Shown piece after piece: positions 35,013-43,900 of a DNA stretch of 64,000 nt (position 1 is the first letter of the stretch; each line of letters starts with the position of its first letter). The translations under genes and the position numbers were made by a program. Source of the DNA: Acidobacteriota bacterium (lineage in GTDB: Bacteria > Acidobacteriota > Terriglobia > Acidiferrales > UBA7541); assembly GCA_021812285.1 (NCBI GenBank), contig JAKAOH010000003.1, positions 1,863-65,862 on the forward strand, written 5' to 3'. Below the pieces are notes generated by a model. The model had not been told where the DNA came from. It made no database searches and saw only the letters and a list, made by a program, of their open reading frames with translations.

Positions 35013-36212
35013 TCACCGCACTTTTTTCCGGAAAAGGAGCGGAACGAACGCGGCCAGATTGCCGCGCCAGACCATCCACGTGTGCATTCCCGGCGTTTCG
35101 ATTTTCACGAAGGCGACGCGGCGGGTCCTGAGCCAGGCGCGCAATTCCACGTTGAATTCGCCCACCAGCGGGTCCTGCTCGCCGCAAGCGACCCAGAGAA
35201 GATGCAAGCGGGAATTGGCACTTGCATTCAAGTGGGGAAATTCCTGGTTCAAATGAGGCAACATCGCGGCGCTGAACGCGCCAACCCAGCCGAACGTCTG
35301 CAAATGGTTGAGCCCGGCGTAGAGCGCTTCGCCGCCGCCCATCGAGAGACCGGCGATCGCCGTATAGGCGGGGCCACGAAGCACACGGTAGTCGCGACCG
35401 ACACGCGGCATCACTTCCTCGAACAGCGCTTCGGTGAATTTTCGCGAATTTTCTTCGATCAGGACGTCGTGAGTGAGCGGGGAACTCGCCGTGAGAATTT
35501 GCGGCGCGCCGTAGCCGAGCGGCATCACGACGATCATCGGCACGGCTTTGCGCTCGGCGATCAGGTTGTCCAGGATGACGTTCGCGCGGCCGACCGCCGT
35601 CCAGCCATCGGCGGCGTCGCTGTAGCCGTGGAGCAGATAGAGCACCGGATAGCGAGTTTTGCCGCGCGGGTTGTAGCCCGGCGGCGTATAGACGTAGAAA
35701 TCGCGGTTATCGCCCACAACGTTCGAATGGTAGAAGTGCTGGTGAATCACGCCATGCGGCACGTTGTTCGTTTGCCAGGGAAGCGATGCAGGGCCGGGAA
35801 CGTAGACCATGTTCTGCGGCGTCAGAAGATTCGGTTTCATGAGCGGATTCGACGGGTCCATCAGCATTACGCCGTCGGCGAGGAACGAATAGCCGTAATA
35901 TTCGGGCGCAAGCGGTCCCACAGTCACGCTCCAAACGCCGCGATCGTCTTTTTGCATGGGCACGGGCGCCGAACCTTCGAGCGCGAGCTTCACTTCATGG
36001 GCATTCGGATCGAGAAACCGGAACGTAACCCGGTCGTCGGCGTGGACTTGCGGCGAAATAATCCGCGCGGCAAGAAACGCCGCCACGGCGTGCGTGGCAT
36101 CCGGGGATTTCGTGGTTTGCGCCAGGGCGGGAATTGTTCCTACGGCGAGAAACGCAGCGAGGGCTGCCAGGGCAATTCCCATAGCGCTAAACCCGCCGAA
36201 ACATTTGTGCAT
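35013..36212 (-). CDS. secreted esterase (putative-esterase / enterochelin-esterase-like fold with N-terminal Ig-like domain)
   Basis: The ATG at 36212 follows GGAGGA. Signal peptide, nucleophile elbow GLSMGG, and YLLHGYSD. The 496-aa ORF-track version adds 97 Arg-rich codons that are unlikely to be real. Confidence 0.8.
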   Translation of the reverse strand: MHKCFGGFSAMGIALAALAAFLAVGTIPALAQTTKSPDATHAVAAFLAARIISPQVHADDRVTFRFLDPNAHEVKLALEGSAPVPMQKDDRGVWSVTVGPLAPEYYGYSFLADGVMLMDPSNPLMKPNLLTPQNMVYVPGPASLPWQTNNVPHGVIHQHFYHSNVVGDNRDFYVYTPPGYNPRGKTRYPVLYLLHGYSDAADGWTAVGRANVILDNLIAERKAVPMIVVMPLGYGAPQILTASSPLTHDVLIEENSRKFTEALFEEVMPRVGRDYRVLRGPAYTAIAGLSMGGGEALYAGLNHLQTFGWVGAFSAAMLPHLNQEFPHLNASANSRLHLLWVACGEQDPLVGEFNVELRAWLRTRRVAFVKIETPGMHTWMVWRGNLAAFVPLLFRKKVR

Positions 36213-36334
36213 GGCACGATCCTCCGAGGCGATTAGTGTATATCGGGCACCTGAAAACAGGAGCGCGACGATGTCCCGGACCGCCCAGAGGCAACGGCTT
36301 GGCTGGGCGGCTGATTCGCGTGCGGTGACGCCAC

Positions 36335-37489
36335 TCAGGACGCTACCGCGAAAAAGCGACGCGCGGCTTCGGCGAGAACGCGAGCGCAGCTCACCACCGA
36401 ATCGAAATCCACCCATTCCACGGCTTCGTGCGCGCCGACGCCGGAGGGCCCGTAATTCACGGCGGGAATGCCCTCCGCGGCGAAAATGGCCGCATCCATC
36501 CAATAGGCGACACCCGCGTCTTCGGGCTTATGGCCGGTGACGGCCGTTGCGGCATCGCGAACGGCGCGCGCGATGGGCGAATTCGAGTCGGAAACAAGCG
36601 GAGGACGATCGAGCAGAAGCCGAATTTCGGCTTCTTCGCCCGATTCGCGCACAACAGCTTCGGTTTCGGCGAGAACTTGCTCGGGCGTTTCGCCGGGCAG
36701 GGTGCGGCGTTCGATGCGGAGAACGCACTTTTCGGAGTACGTGGAAAGGCCGGAACCGCCTTCGATCAGGGCGCAATGCTGCGAAGCGGGCCCGACGAGA
36801 GGATGGTCGCGTCGGCGGAGGGTTTCGCGATCGAAACGTTCGAGCGATTCGATGACGCGAGCCATTTTCGCGATGGCGCTGACGCCCAAATCCCATCGGC
36901 TGCCATGCGCCGCGCGGCCGCGCGTTGTGAGTTCGAGCCAGACGAAGCCTTTGTGCGCCAGGATCAGCCGGCCTTCGCTGGGCTCGGTGAGAATCGCGGC
37001 ATCGGCGGAATGGCGGCGGACGAAATCCCGCGCACCAAGGCTCGCATCCTCCTCGTCCGCGACGAGCGCCAGAAGCACGCAGCCCGGCAGATTGTTGTCT
37101 TGCGATAGCGCTGCCACGGCCGCGAGGATGGCCGCGACGCTGCCTTTCATGTCGTAGCTGCCTCGCCCAAATACTTTTTCATTTTCGACACGCGGCTCGA
37201 AAGGAGGGATCGTCATGCCGGCGGTGCCGACCGTATCGAGATGGGCGCAAAGAACTAGGGATGGGCCGGTGCGCGAGCCGATTTCCGCGAAGACGTTGGG
37301 CCGGCCCGGCGCGGCTTGCTCGATCGAAGCGCGGATGCCGCGCCGCTTGAGCCAATCGCAAACAAACGCGGCGATGGCGGATTCGCCGTATGGTTCTGCG
37401 GGAGCGATGGTTGGATTCACCGATGGCGTGCGGATGAGCGACTGGAGCGTGTGGAGAATTTCCTGGCGAGAAAAGGGATCGGCAACCAC
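36335..37489 (-). CDS. M20-family metallopeptidase (ArgE/DapE-like deacylase)
   Basis: HLDTV, GRGSYDMKG and the LVADEE metal-ligand pattern. The preferred start is the GTG at 37489, 9 nt after GGAGGG; the ORF-track TTG at 37549 is an alternative. Confidence 0.8.
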   Translation of the reverse strand: MVADPFSRQEILHTLQSLIRTPSVNPTIAPAEPYGESAIAAFVCDWLKRRGIRASIEQAAPGRPNVFAEIGSRTGPSLVLCAHLDTVGTAGMTIPPFEPRVENEKVFGRGSYDMKGSVAAILAAVAALSQDNNLPGCVLLALVADEEDASLGARDFVRRHSADAAILTEPSEGRLILAHKGFVWLELTTRGRAAHGSRWDLGVSAIAKMARVIESLERFDRETLRRRDHPLVGPASQHCALIEGGSGLSTYSEKCVLRIERRTLPGETPEQVLAETEAVVRESGEEAEIRLLLDRPPLVSDSNSPIARAVRDAATAVTGHKPEDAGVAYWMDAAIFAAEGIPAVNYGPSGVGAHEAVEWVDFDSVVSCARVLAEAARRFFAVAS

Positions 37490-37612
37490 GGGATTTGCCC
37501 TCCGCCGGAATGAGAAGCACGTCGCGCCATTATACTCGGCCGATTCCAAACGTGATGCTAACGCGCAGCAGGATTCGGATGGAGCGATGCGCTTGCTCGA
37601 CGCGAGATTCCG

Positions 37613-38821
37613 CTAGCCGGGCTGGTTGTGAGCCCGCGGCTCTTGTCTTGCGGACTTTGTGAGGAAGAATGCGAGGATGGCCATCGCCGCCGCGAGCAGG
37701 CCCGCGTCGGAGTAGAGATTTCCCAGCCGAGCGGCTCCGGAATGAACCAGAGCGCCGACCGCGAAACTTGCGATGCCGTAGCCGACCATATAAGCGGCGA
37801 TCATTTCGCCGCCCATCAGCTCGGCTAGGCGAGGGAATTGCTCTTCGGCAAAGCCGACGGAAAGCGGCAGGAATGCGGAACACGCCAATCCCGCAAAGCC
37901 GAACGCGGCAATTGCCGCCGCGGGCGTTGCCATGTGCGGCACGAGCAGGAACGCCGCAAAAAGAAGCACGGGTAGCGTGCGATAAAACCAGCGCGGCGCA
38001 AGCCAGACAGAGGCAATAGCAATCAGCAGCCGCCCAACGGTCACCATGGCCCAAAACGCGGCCAGGGCAAAACCGGCCGCGCGTACGCCAAAGCCGCGAT
38101 TTCCGTGGAGAAACAGAATCGCCCAATTGCCGAAAAGCGTTTCGGCAATACCGTAAAGCAAGACAAGCGCCAAAAAGGCCCAGAGCCGGCCGGAAATATT
38201 ACGCAGGAAGCTGAACGGTCCGCCGGACGCGGGCGGAGCCGGCTGAGAGATGAGCAAAGGCTGCGTGGATCCGACAATCACGAGCGTAAGCAGGACCACG
38301 GCAACAAGCGCGGGAATCCACCACCAGCCGCGGCCCACGGCGGCGCTCACGAAAAGCGGCGCGAGCGCGGTGCCGGCGCCGAGCAAGGTGTGGAGCGCGG
38401 TCAGCGCCGTTTCCGATCGCTTCGGGAAGAAACCGGGCGCGAGGCTATTGAGCGCGGTCAGCGTGGCGCCAAAGCCGAAACCGAGCAGCAGCATGGCCAC
38501 GAGCAGCGTTACGTAGGAAGGCGTGTGACGCCCGAGAAACGCGGCGCTGAGCGCGACCACGGCCATCGCCAGAACATCGAGCGAGACGCCCGTCAGGAAC
38601 AATCGTTTCAGGCCCCAGCGCAGAGCGAGCAAACCGCCGGCCGCGGAGGCGGCAATCGCGCCGGCAACCATCGGAACGAATAGCGCTCCATATTCGGCGC
38701 TGGTAAAGGCGTAGCCACGCGGGCTGGTGAGCAGGCTCGACGCCGCCGGCACGGTCACCAGCGCGAAGCCCTGCGCGAGACCTGAAAGGTAGACGACCGG
38801 GATTTCGACACGCCGCGCCAC
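37613..38821 (-). CDS. MFS transporter
   Basis: 402 aa, about 12 hydrophobic helices, GTG start. Confidence 0.8.
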   Translation of the reverse strand: MARRVEIPVVYLSGLAQGFALVTVPAASSLLTSPRGYAFTSAEYGALFVPMVAGAIAASAAGGLLALRWGLKRLFLTGVSLDVLAMAVVALSAAFLGRHTPSYVTLLVAMLLLGFGFGATLTALNSLAPGFFPKRSETALTALHTLLGAGTALAPLFVSAAVGRGWWWIPALVAVVLLTLVIVGSTQPLLISQPAPPASGGPFSFLRNISGRLWAFLALVLLYGIAETLFGNWAILFLHGNRGFGVRAAGFALAAFWAMVTVGRLLIAIASVWLAPRWFYRTLPVLLFAAFLLVPHMATPAAAIAAFGFAGLACSAFLPLSVGFAEEQFPRLAELMGGEMIAAYMVGYGIASFAVGALVHSGAARLGNLYSDAGLLAAAMAILAFFLTKSARQEPRAHNQPG

Positions 38822-38827
38822 GGCTTC

Positions 38828-40399
38828 CTATTTCAGCCGCGCCAGCAGATGGTCGCCGACGCGCAGCGCATTCGCCATCACCGTGAGCGCGGGATTCACG
38901 GCTCCGATCGAAGGAAAGAAGCTCGCGTCCACCACGTAGAGGTTGTCGAGGTCGTGCGCTTTGCAGTTGACGTCGAGCGCCGAAGCTATTGGATCAGTGC
39001 CGAAGCGAATCGTGCCGGCCTGATGCGCCGTTCCGGCGATCGGGATGCGCTTGCTCAGGTAAAGATTGCGCGGCAAAACGCGTTCGCAGAAGCCGAGCCG
39101 GCCCAGCAGACTTTTCCATTTCGCGATCAGGCGCTCGTGGGCCTCGGCGTTGTTGTCTTTCAGGCTGAGAACGATCCTGCCGTCGCGGTTGAGCGTCACG
39201 CGATTCTCGGGATCGGGTAAATCCTCCGAGGAAAGCCAGAAATCCACCGAGTGCGCGGCAAGCTCGTCGAACGACGTCTCCGGAACCCAGGAAGCCCATC
39301 CCGGAGCTTCGCCGCGCAGCATCGCGCCATCGGATTTGCCGAGCATCTGCACGAGGCCAAGCGGATATTCCCAGTCGTCGGAGCGGAAATAGAAATCGGC
39401 GAGCGCAAGCGTCTTCTGGAAAATGGTGGGATTCGGCTCGATGGAAATGGCCATCAGCGCCGTATTGATGTGGCGAAGGTAGTGGCGGCCGACGACGCCC
39501 GAGCGGTTGGCGAGGCCGGCGGGGTGCTTCCCATTCGCCGAACGCAGGAGCAGCGCGGCGGAATTGATGGCGCCGCAGGAAACCACGACGATGCCCGCGG
39601 AATACACCTCTTCCGCACCGTTACGGCGCACGCGGACCTGTGTGACCTCGCGGCCCGAATCGTTCGTCGTGAGTTTTTCCACATAAGCGCCGGTGAGCAG
39701 CGTGACGTTGCTGCTTTCGGCGAGGAGTGGCTCGATGCAGACGGTTTGCGCGTCGGCTTTGCCGTTCGTGATGCACGGGAATCCGTCGAAGGCGCGGCAG
39801 CGGATGCAGGCGCTGTGGCGCGTGGGCCGCCCGTCCTTTTCCTGATCGAGCAGGATGCCGAGGGGAAGCGGAAAGGGATGGTAGCCGAGACCGGAAAGGT
39901 CGCGCGATAGCTGGGCGATGCGCGGCTCGTGGACGACGGGCGCATACGCGTAGGGCGCCGAAGCCGACGGCTCGGTGGGATCCGCGCCTCGCAGGCCGTG
40001 TACGCGATACAGGCGCTCGGCCTGCGTGTAATACGACTCGAAATCGTCGTAGCTCAGCGGCCAAGCGGGCGAAATGCCGCCCGCGTGGCGAAGTTCGCCG
40101 AAATCCTGGCGGCGCAGCCGCAGAAGTGCCGCGCCATAGAATTTCGTGTTGCCGCCGACGTAGTAGTGAATGCCGGGAAAGAATTCGTGGCCGGCGGAAT
40201 CCAGCCAGGGCTCTTTCGCCTGGTATTTGGCCTCGACGAAAACGGCGTGCGAATCCCAGTTGTCCTGTTCGCGCGGCAGGAAATCGCCCCGCTCGAGCAG
40301 CAGGATGCGTTTGCCCGACGGCGCCAGCCGCCAGGCCAGCGTGGCGCCACCCGCTCCGGTGCCGATGATGATCACGTCGTATTGATTTTCCGCCGCCAT
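38828..40399 (-). CDS. GMC-family FAD-dependent oxidoreductase
   Basis: Start MAAENQYDVIIIGTGAGGATLAWRL (FAD fingerprint) at 40399. GMC-like C-terminus DASFFPSIGAVNPALTVMANALRV. The ORF-track N-terminal 112 codons are spurious. Confidence 0.85.
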   Translation of the reverse strand: MAAENQYDVIIIGTGAGGATLAWRLAPSGKRILLLERGDFLPREQDNWDSHAVFVEAKYQAKEPWLDSAGHEFFPGIHYYVGGNTKFYGAALLRLRRQDFGELRHAGGISPAWPLSYDDFESYYTQAERLYRVHGLRGADPTEPSASAPYAYAPVVHEPRIAQLSRDLSGLGYHPFPLPLGILLDQEKDGRPTRHSACIRCRAFDGFPCITNGKADAQTVCIEPLLAESSNVTLLTGAYVEKLTTNDSGREVTQVRVRRNGAEEVYSAGIVVVSCGAINSAALLLRSANGKHPAGLANRSGVVGRHYLRHINTALMAISIEPNPTIFQKTLALADFYFRSDDWEYPLGLVQMLGKSDGAMLRGEAPGWASWVPETSFDELAAHSVDFWLSSEDLPDPENRVTLNRDGRIVLSLKDNNAEAHERLIAKWKSLLGRLGFCERVLPRNLYLSKRIPIAGTAHQAGTIRFGTDPIASALDVNCKAHDLDNLYVVDASFFPSIGAVNPALTVMANALRVGDHLLARLK

Positions 40400-40512
40400 T
40401 TGTGCTCTTCCCCCGAAGCGGCGAGCCGTCGCCGCGCTCAATCCCCTAGTATGCGGCGGCGGAGGGGGGAACGAAGCGGAAAAATGCGAAGAACCGGAGA
40501 AAAGTGGAAGCG

Positions 40513-41466
40513 TTAGCTGCGCAGCAACTCGGTGATTTCGCGGGCCGCCTGGCGGGCGCGATCGAGTTCGCCGGCGTTGAAGGAAATCGCGGCCACGCGG
40601 GCGTGTCCGCCGCCGCCGTAACGCTCGCAGATTTCCGCGAGGTTGCGCGGTTTTTTCGCTTCCTTCCAGGGATTCGTGCCGACGGAAACCTTGGCGCGCG
40701 CGGAGGAGGCGCTGACGCCGACCGAATAGAGGCAATCGGGAAAAAGGTAATAGGGAACGAACTTGTTGTAGCCCTCGAGATCGAGGTCGCTGACGTCGAA
40801 GAAGATGACGCCGCGAGCGGCGTCGGTTCGCTGCTTGAGAATATCGATGGACCGGCGATGGCGATCGAGCAGCGGACCCAGGTGGCGTTCGATAAACGGC
40901 AGCCGCACGATCTCCTCGAGCGAGCGCTCGGCGAGGAAGGGAATCAGGCGAGCGACAAGCCCGGGGTCGGGAGCCGCTTCGATGACCAGCGCCAACTGCG
41001 TCGCCGGCTCGGAAAGCGAGACGGCGTCTTCGGGCGAGCGATACTGCGCGCCGTCAATCACGTCGCCCCAATGGATCAGTTCCGCCAGCGGGCGCGCATC
41101 GAAGCCGAATTTCGTTTCCGCGATCGTGGCCAGGAATTTGGTGCACGATTTGTAGGTGGGATCATAGAACTTCTTTCCGGAACGGTCCTGGCGGAAATGC
41201 TCGGCGTCTTCCGGCGAAAGGAACGCGCTCTGGTGATGATCGAACCACCAGGTGAGGCGATGCGAGCTGGAATATTTGAAATCGACGATCGCGTTTTCGT
41301 CTCCGTCGAACATGTCCTCCGAGAAAAGCTGCGAAGCGCGGTGGACCAGGCCCGTGAAAAGGAATTTGGCGTCGGAATCGATCCGCTCGCGGTAGAAGCG
41401 CAAAAACACCGCAGCCGACGAGGCGCCGTCGAAGCACTTATCGTGATAGCAGAGGCGAACGTTCAC
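40513..41466 (-). CDS. DHH/DHHA1-family phosphoesterase
   Basis: HDKCFDG, WWFDHHQS (DHH) and GGGGHARVAA (DHHA1 GGGH). The preferred start is the GTG at 41466 after AAGGAA. Confidence 0.75.
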   Translation of the reverse strand: MNVRLCYHDKCFDGASSAAVFLRFYRERIDSDAKFLFTGLVHRASQLFSEDMFDGDENAIVDFKYSSSHRLTWWFDHHQSAFLSPEDAEHFRQDRSGKKFYDPTYKSCTKFLATIAETKFGFDARPLAELIHWGDVIDGAQYRSPEDAVSLSEPATQLALVIEAAPDPGLVARLIPFLAERSLEEIVRLPFIERHLGPLLDRHRRSIDILKQRTDAARGVIFFDVSDLDLEGYNKFVPYYLFPDCLYSVGVSASSARAKVSVGTNPWKEAKKPRNLAEICERYGGGGHARVAAISFNAGELDRARQAAREITELLRS

Positions 41467-41758
41467 GCGATCGGGTTCCTTTGAGCGGACAAAGCGTCCG
41501 CGGAGCAAAGCCAATAAAGATGGCCGCCGCCAGCAGACTTGTCAAGTGAAAGCAGGGCCCGGCCTTGAAAAAACCGGACCGTGGCAGAAGCAGGAAATGG
41601 ATGGGTGTCCTTGCAAATACGCGCGCGACCGCTGCAATTTCAGGCGAGGAAATCTCTGTCGGCCGAAACGGAGTGCAGCGCTGCGCGGAACATGCGCGCG
41701 AAGGAGACGATCGGATCGAGCCCGCGGCAGACCGGACTCGGCCCGCCGAATTCTGCCG

Positions 41759-41932
41759 CTAGAGCGTGACCGTGAGATTAGCCGCCGCGTTCGAGAAGGC
41801 GTCGCTGACGGCCCTGCCCGCGATGTTGATGGAAGCTACGGCGACGAGCGAGACCAAAACGATCAGCAGACCATACTCGATCAGATCCTGCGCTTGCTCT
41901 TCCTTCCAGAGCCTAAGTAGAAGCAGTCTCAT
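41759..41932 (-). CDS. flp: Flp-family type IVb pilin (57 aa)
   Basis: Below the ORF-track cutoff and translated by eye: MRLLLLRLWKEEQAQDLIEYGLLIVLVSLVAVASINIAGRAVSDAFSNAAANLTVTL. The (G/A)QDLIEYGLL core followed by a hydrophobic helix is diagnostic. GGGAG lies upstream of the ATG. Confidence 0.8.
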   Translation of the reverse strand: MRLLLLRLWKEEQAQDLIEYGLLIVLVSLVAVASINIAGRAVSDAFSNAAANLTVTL

Positions 41933-42214
41933 TGGTCTCCCTTTCGAAGCGACGCGGTCAAGATGTAGACGCCAAACTGCTGTCTACCCTATAGGAGAAG
42001 TGCCATGGTGACAATCACACTTCTTTACCATTACCGGCGAGGGTAAGGAGTACACGGTGATATAACGGCAATTCAACTAATACCTCTTGTTTATACTCTG
42101 CATGCTTTGAGAAGCTTCGGAATCTCCCTAGTGCAACAGGATTTTTATCGGGTTGGGTATAGGATAAGAAATGGGTGTCCGAGGAGCCTCGGCGATCAAG
42201 AGGGGGCTTGCGTA

Positions 42215-43108
42215 ATGCTCTTCGGTTGGCCAAAAGTCTGCGGGATTTTGGAACTGGTCGTAGCGGGGATTTTGTTCGCCAATGGCGCATGGGCCGCCGG
42301 ACGGCCCGGTTCCCAAGCCGCCGAGACATCCGTCAGCGCGCAGGAATTGATGCGCGAAGTTGTGCAAAACGAATTAGGCGGTCCCGTAGAACCGCCCACT
42401 TACTGGTGTTTTCGCGAAGTGGAAATCACGAATGGGGTGCCGAAAACCTACGAGGTGTATCAGACCAAGGGCGGAACGGTGCGGAAACTCGTGACCGTTA
42501 ACGGCCAGCCTCTCGCGGCGGCGCAGGCGGAACGGCAGAAAGGGCGTCTCGATCGGTTGCTCCACCATTCGGCGAACGCCCGAAGCGCTGCAAAAGCGCA
42601 CAACCACGACGTGAACAGGGAAGAGAAGCTCTTTCGCATGCTGCCCCACGCGTTCCTGTTTCGCTACGACGGCAGGGAAGGGAACCTGGTGAAGCTGGCT
42701 TTCCAACCGAACCCGCAGTTCGTTCCGCCGGATCGCGAAGCGCAAGTGTTTCATCACATGGCGGGATTCGTTCTGATCGATCCGGAGCAGAAGCGGCTGG
42801 CGGAAATCAACGGGCGGCTGACGAGCGAAGTGAAGTTTTTCTGGGGCTTGCTGGGGCATCTGGACAAGGGCGGAACGTTTCACGTTTGGCGAGCCGATGA
42901 GGGCGGGGGAAACTGGAAACTCGTGCGGCTCGAAGTCAATATGCAGGGCGAAGCTCTGTTTTTCGAAACGATTGGCATTCAGGAAAACAAACGCTACCTG
43001 GATTACCATCAGGATCCTGCCTCGATGACTCTTGCGGACGCCGTCGAGCAGCTCATACAGAACCAGCAGATAGACACGGGCGGAGCAAGAACGGCAAGAA
43101 AACGGTGA
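42215..43108 (+). CDS. hypothetical secreted protein
   Basis: The ATG at 42215 gives a signal-like N-terminus MLFGWPKVCGILELVVAGILFANGAWA. I recognise no family. Confidence 0.6.
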   Translation: MLFGWPKVCGILELVVAGILFANGAWAAGRPGSQAAETSVSAQELMREVVQNELGGPVEPPTYWCFREVEITNGVPKTYEVYQTKGGTVRKLVTVNGQPLAAAQAERQKGRLDRLLHHSANARSAAKAHNHDVNREEKLFRMLPHAFLFRYDGREGNLVKLAFQPNPQFVPPDREAQVFHHMAGFVLIDPEQKRLAEINGRLTSEVKFFWGLLGHLDKGGTFHVWRADEGGGNWKLVRLEVNMQGEALFFETIGIQENKRYLDYHQDPASMTLADAVEQLIQNQQIDTGGARTARKR

Positions 43109-43188
43109 GTGCCCGCCGGAGTGGCACCGGATAAGTAATCCGGGACGTTTCCTTTCCAGAGCCGGTGTAGAATGTCCTATCCAAGTTC

Positions 43189-43275
43189 GCGGAAGTGGCG
43201 GAACTGGCAGACGCACAGGACTTAGGATCCTGTGGCCGCAAGGCCGTGTGGGTTCGACTCCCACCTTCCGCACCA
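43189..43275 (+). tRNA. tRNA-Leu (anticodon TAG), long variable arm, CCA encoded
   Basis: Acceptor GCGGAAG/CTTCCGC, anticodon stem CAGGA/TCCTG with loop CTTAGGA, T-loop GGTTCGACTCC. Confidence 0.9.
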
Positions 43276-43410
43276 AGAACTTTCTATAACTCCGGAAAAT
43301 CTGCTTGGTCCGCTGAATGTCACAACAGGCTAAATCCGTTCGCTCGTGTATAGTAGGTAGCGACCGATATGGCAGGATAAGTCAAGTCATCCCCGGAGGA
43401 AACCAAGTAC

Positions 43411-43650
43411 ATGGCCAATCTGACCGAGATCGTGAAGAAACTGCGTGAAGAAAGAAATCGCGTCGCCAAGGAACTTAGCCGCCTCGATGGCGCCATTGCG
43501 GCTCTTGGCGCGCTTTCGAGCGCTCCCGCGGCCGTGAAGGCCAGCAAACCGAAGGCGCGGCGCAAGCTCTCGGCTGCCGCGCGGAAGAAGATCGCGGATG
43601 CGCAACGCGCTCGCTGGGCCAAGCTGAAGAAGCAGCAAAAGGAAGCGTAA
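43411..43650 (+). CDS. small basic coiled-coil protein (79 aa), possible nucleic-acid binder
   Basis: The ATG follows GGAGGAAA. Lys/Arg-rich C-terminus RKLSAAARKKIADAQRARWAKLKKQQKEA. I recognise no family. Confidence 0.55.
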   Translation: MANLTEIVKKLREERNRVAKELSRLDGAIAALGALSSAPAAVKASKPKARRKLSAAARKKIADAQRARWAKLKKQQKEA

Positions 43651-43900
43651 GGGAGATCCGGGAGCCGCGAGCGTCTTCGCGAGCCATTCTTTCCCGGGGA
43701 TACTTTCGGCGCTGGTATTCAAGGGTTGGGTTTCCGCCGGGGTCCTCGGGGAGTAGCTTGCGGCTCCGGATTTCCATAACACACGTTCCGCCGCTGCCCA
43801 AGAATCACGCACGGCGCTTTCCCCCTTGGAGTTCTTCGCATGCCGTCTCGATTTCGGGATGACTAGGGATCGAGCCGGCAAGACCATAGTGTGAGAGCCC

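Noticed and set aside
42374-43276. 300-aa minus-strand ORF spanning tRNA-Leu and the hypothetical secreted protein gene.
   Set aside because: It overlaps a well-formed tRNA and runs antisense to a better-supported ORF. Its translation is low-complexity.
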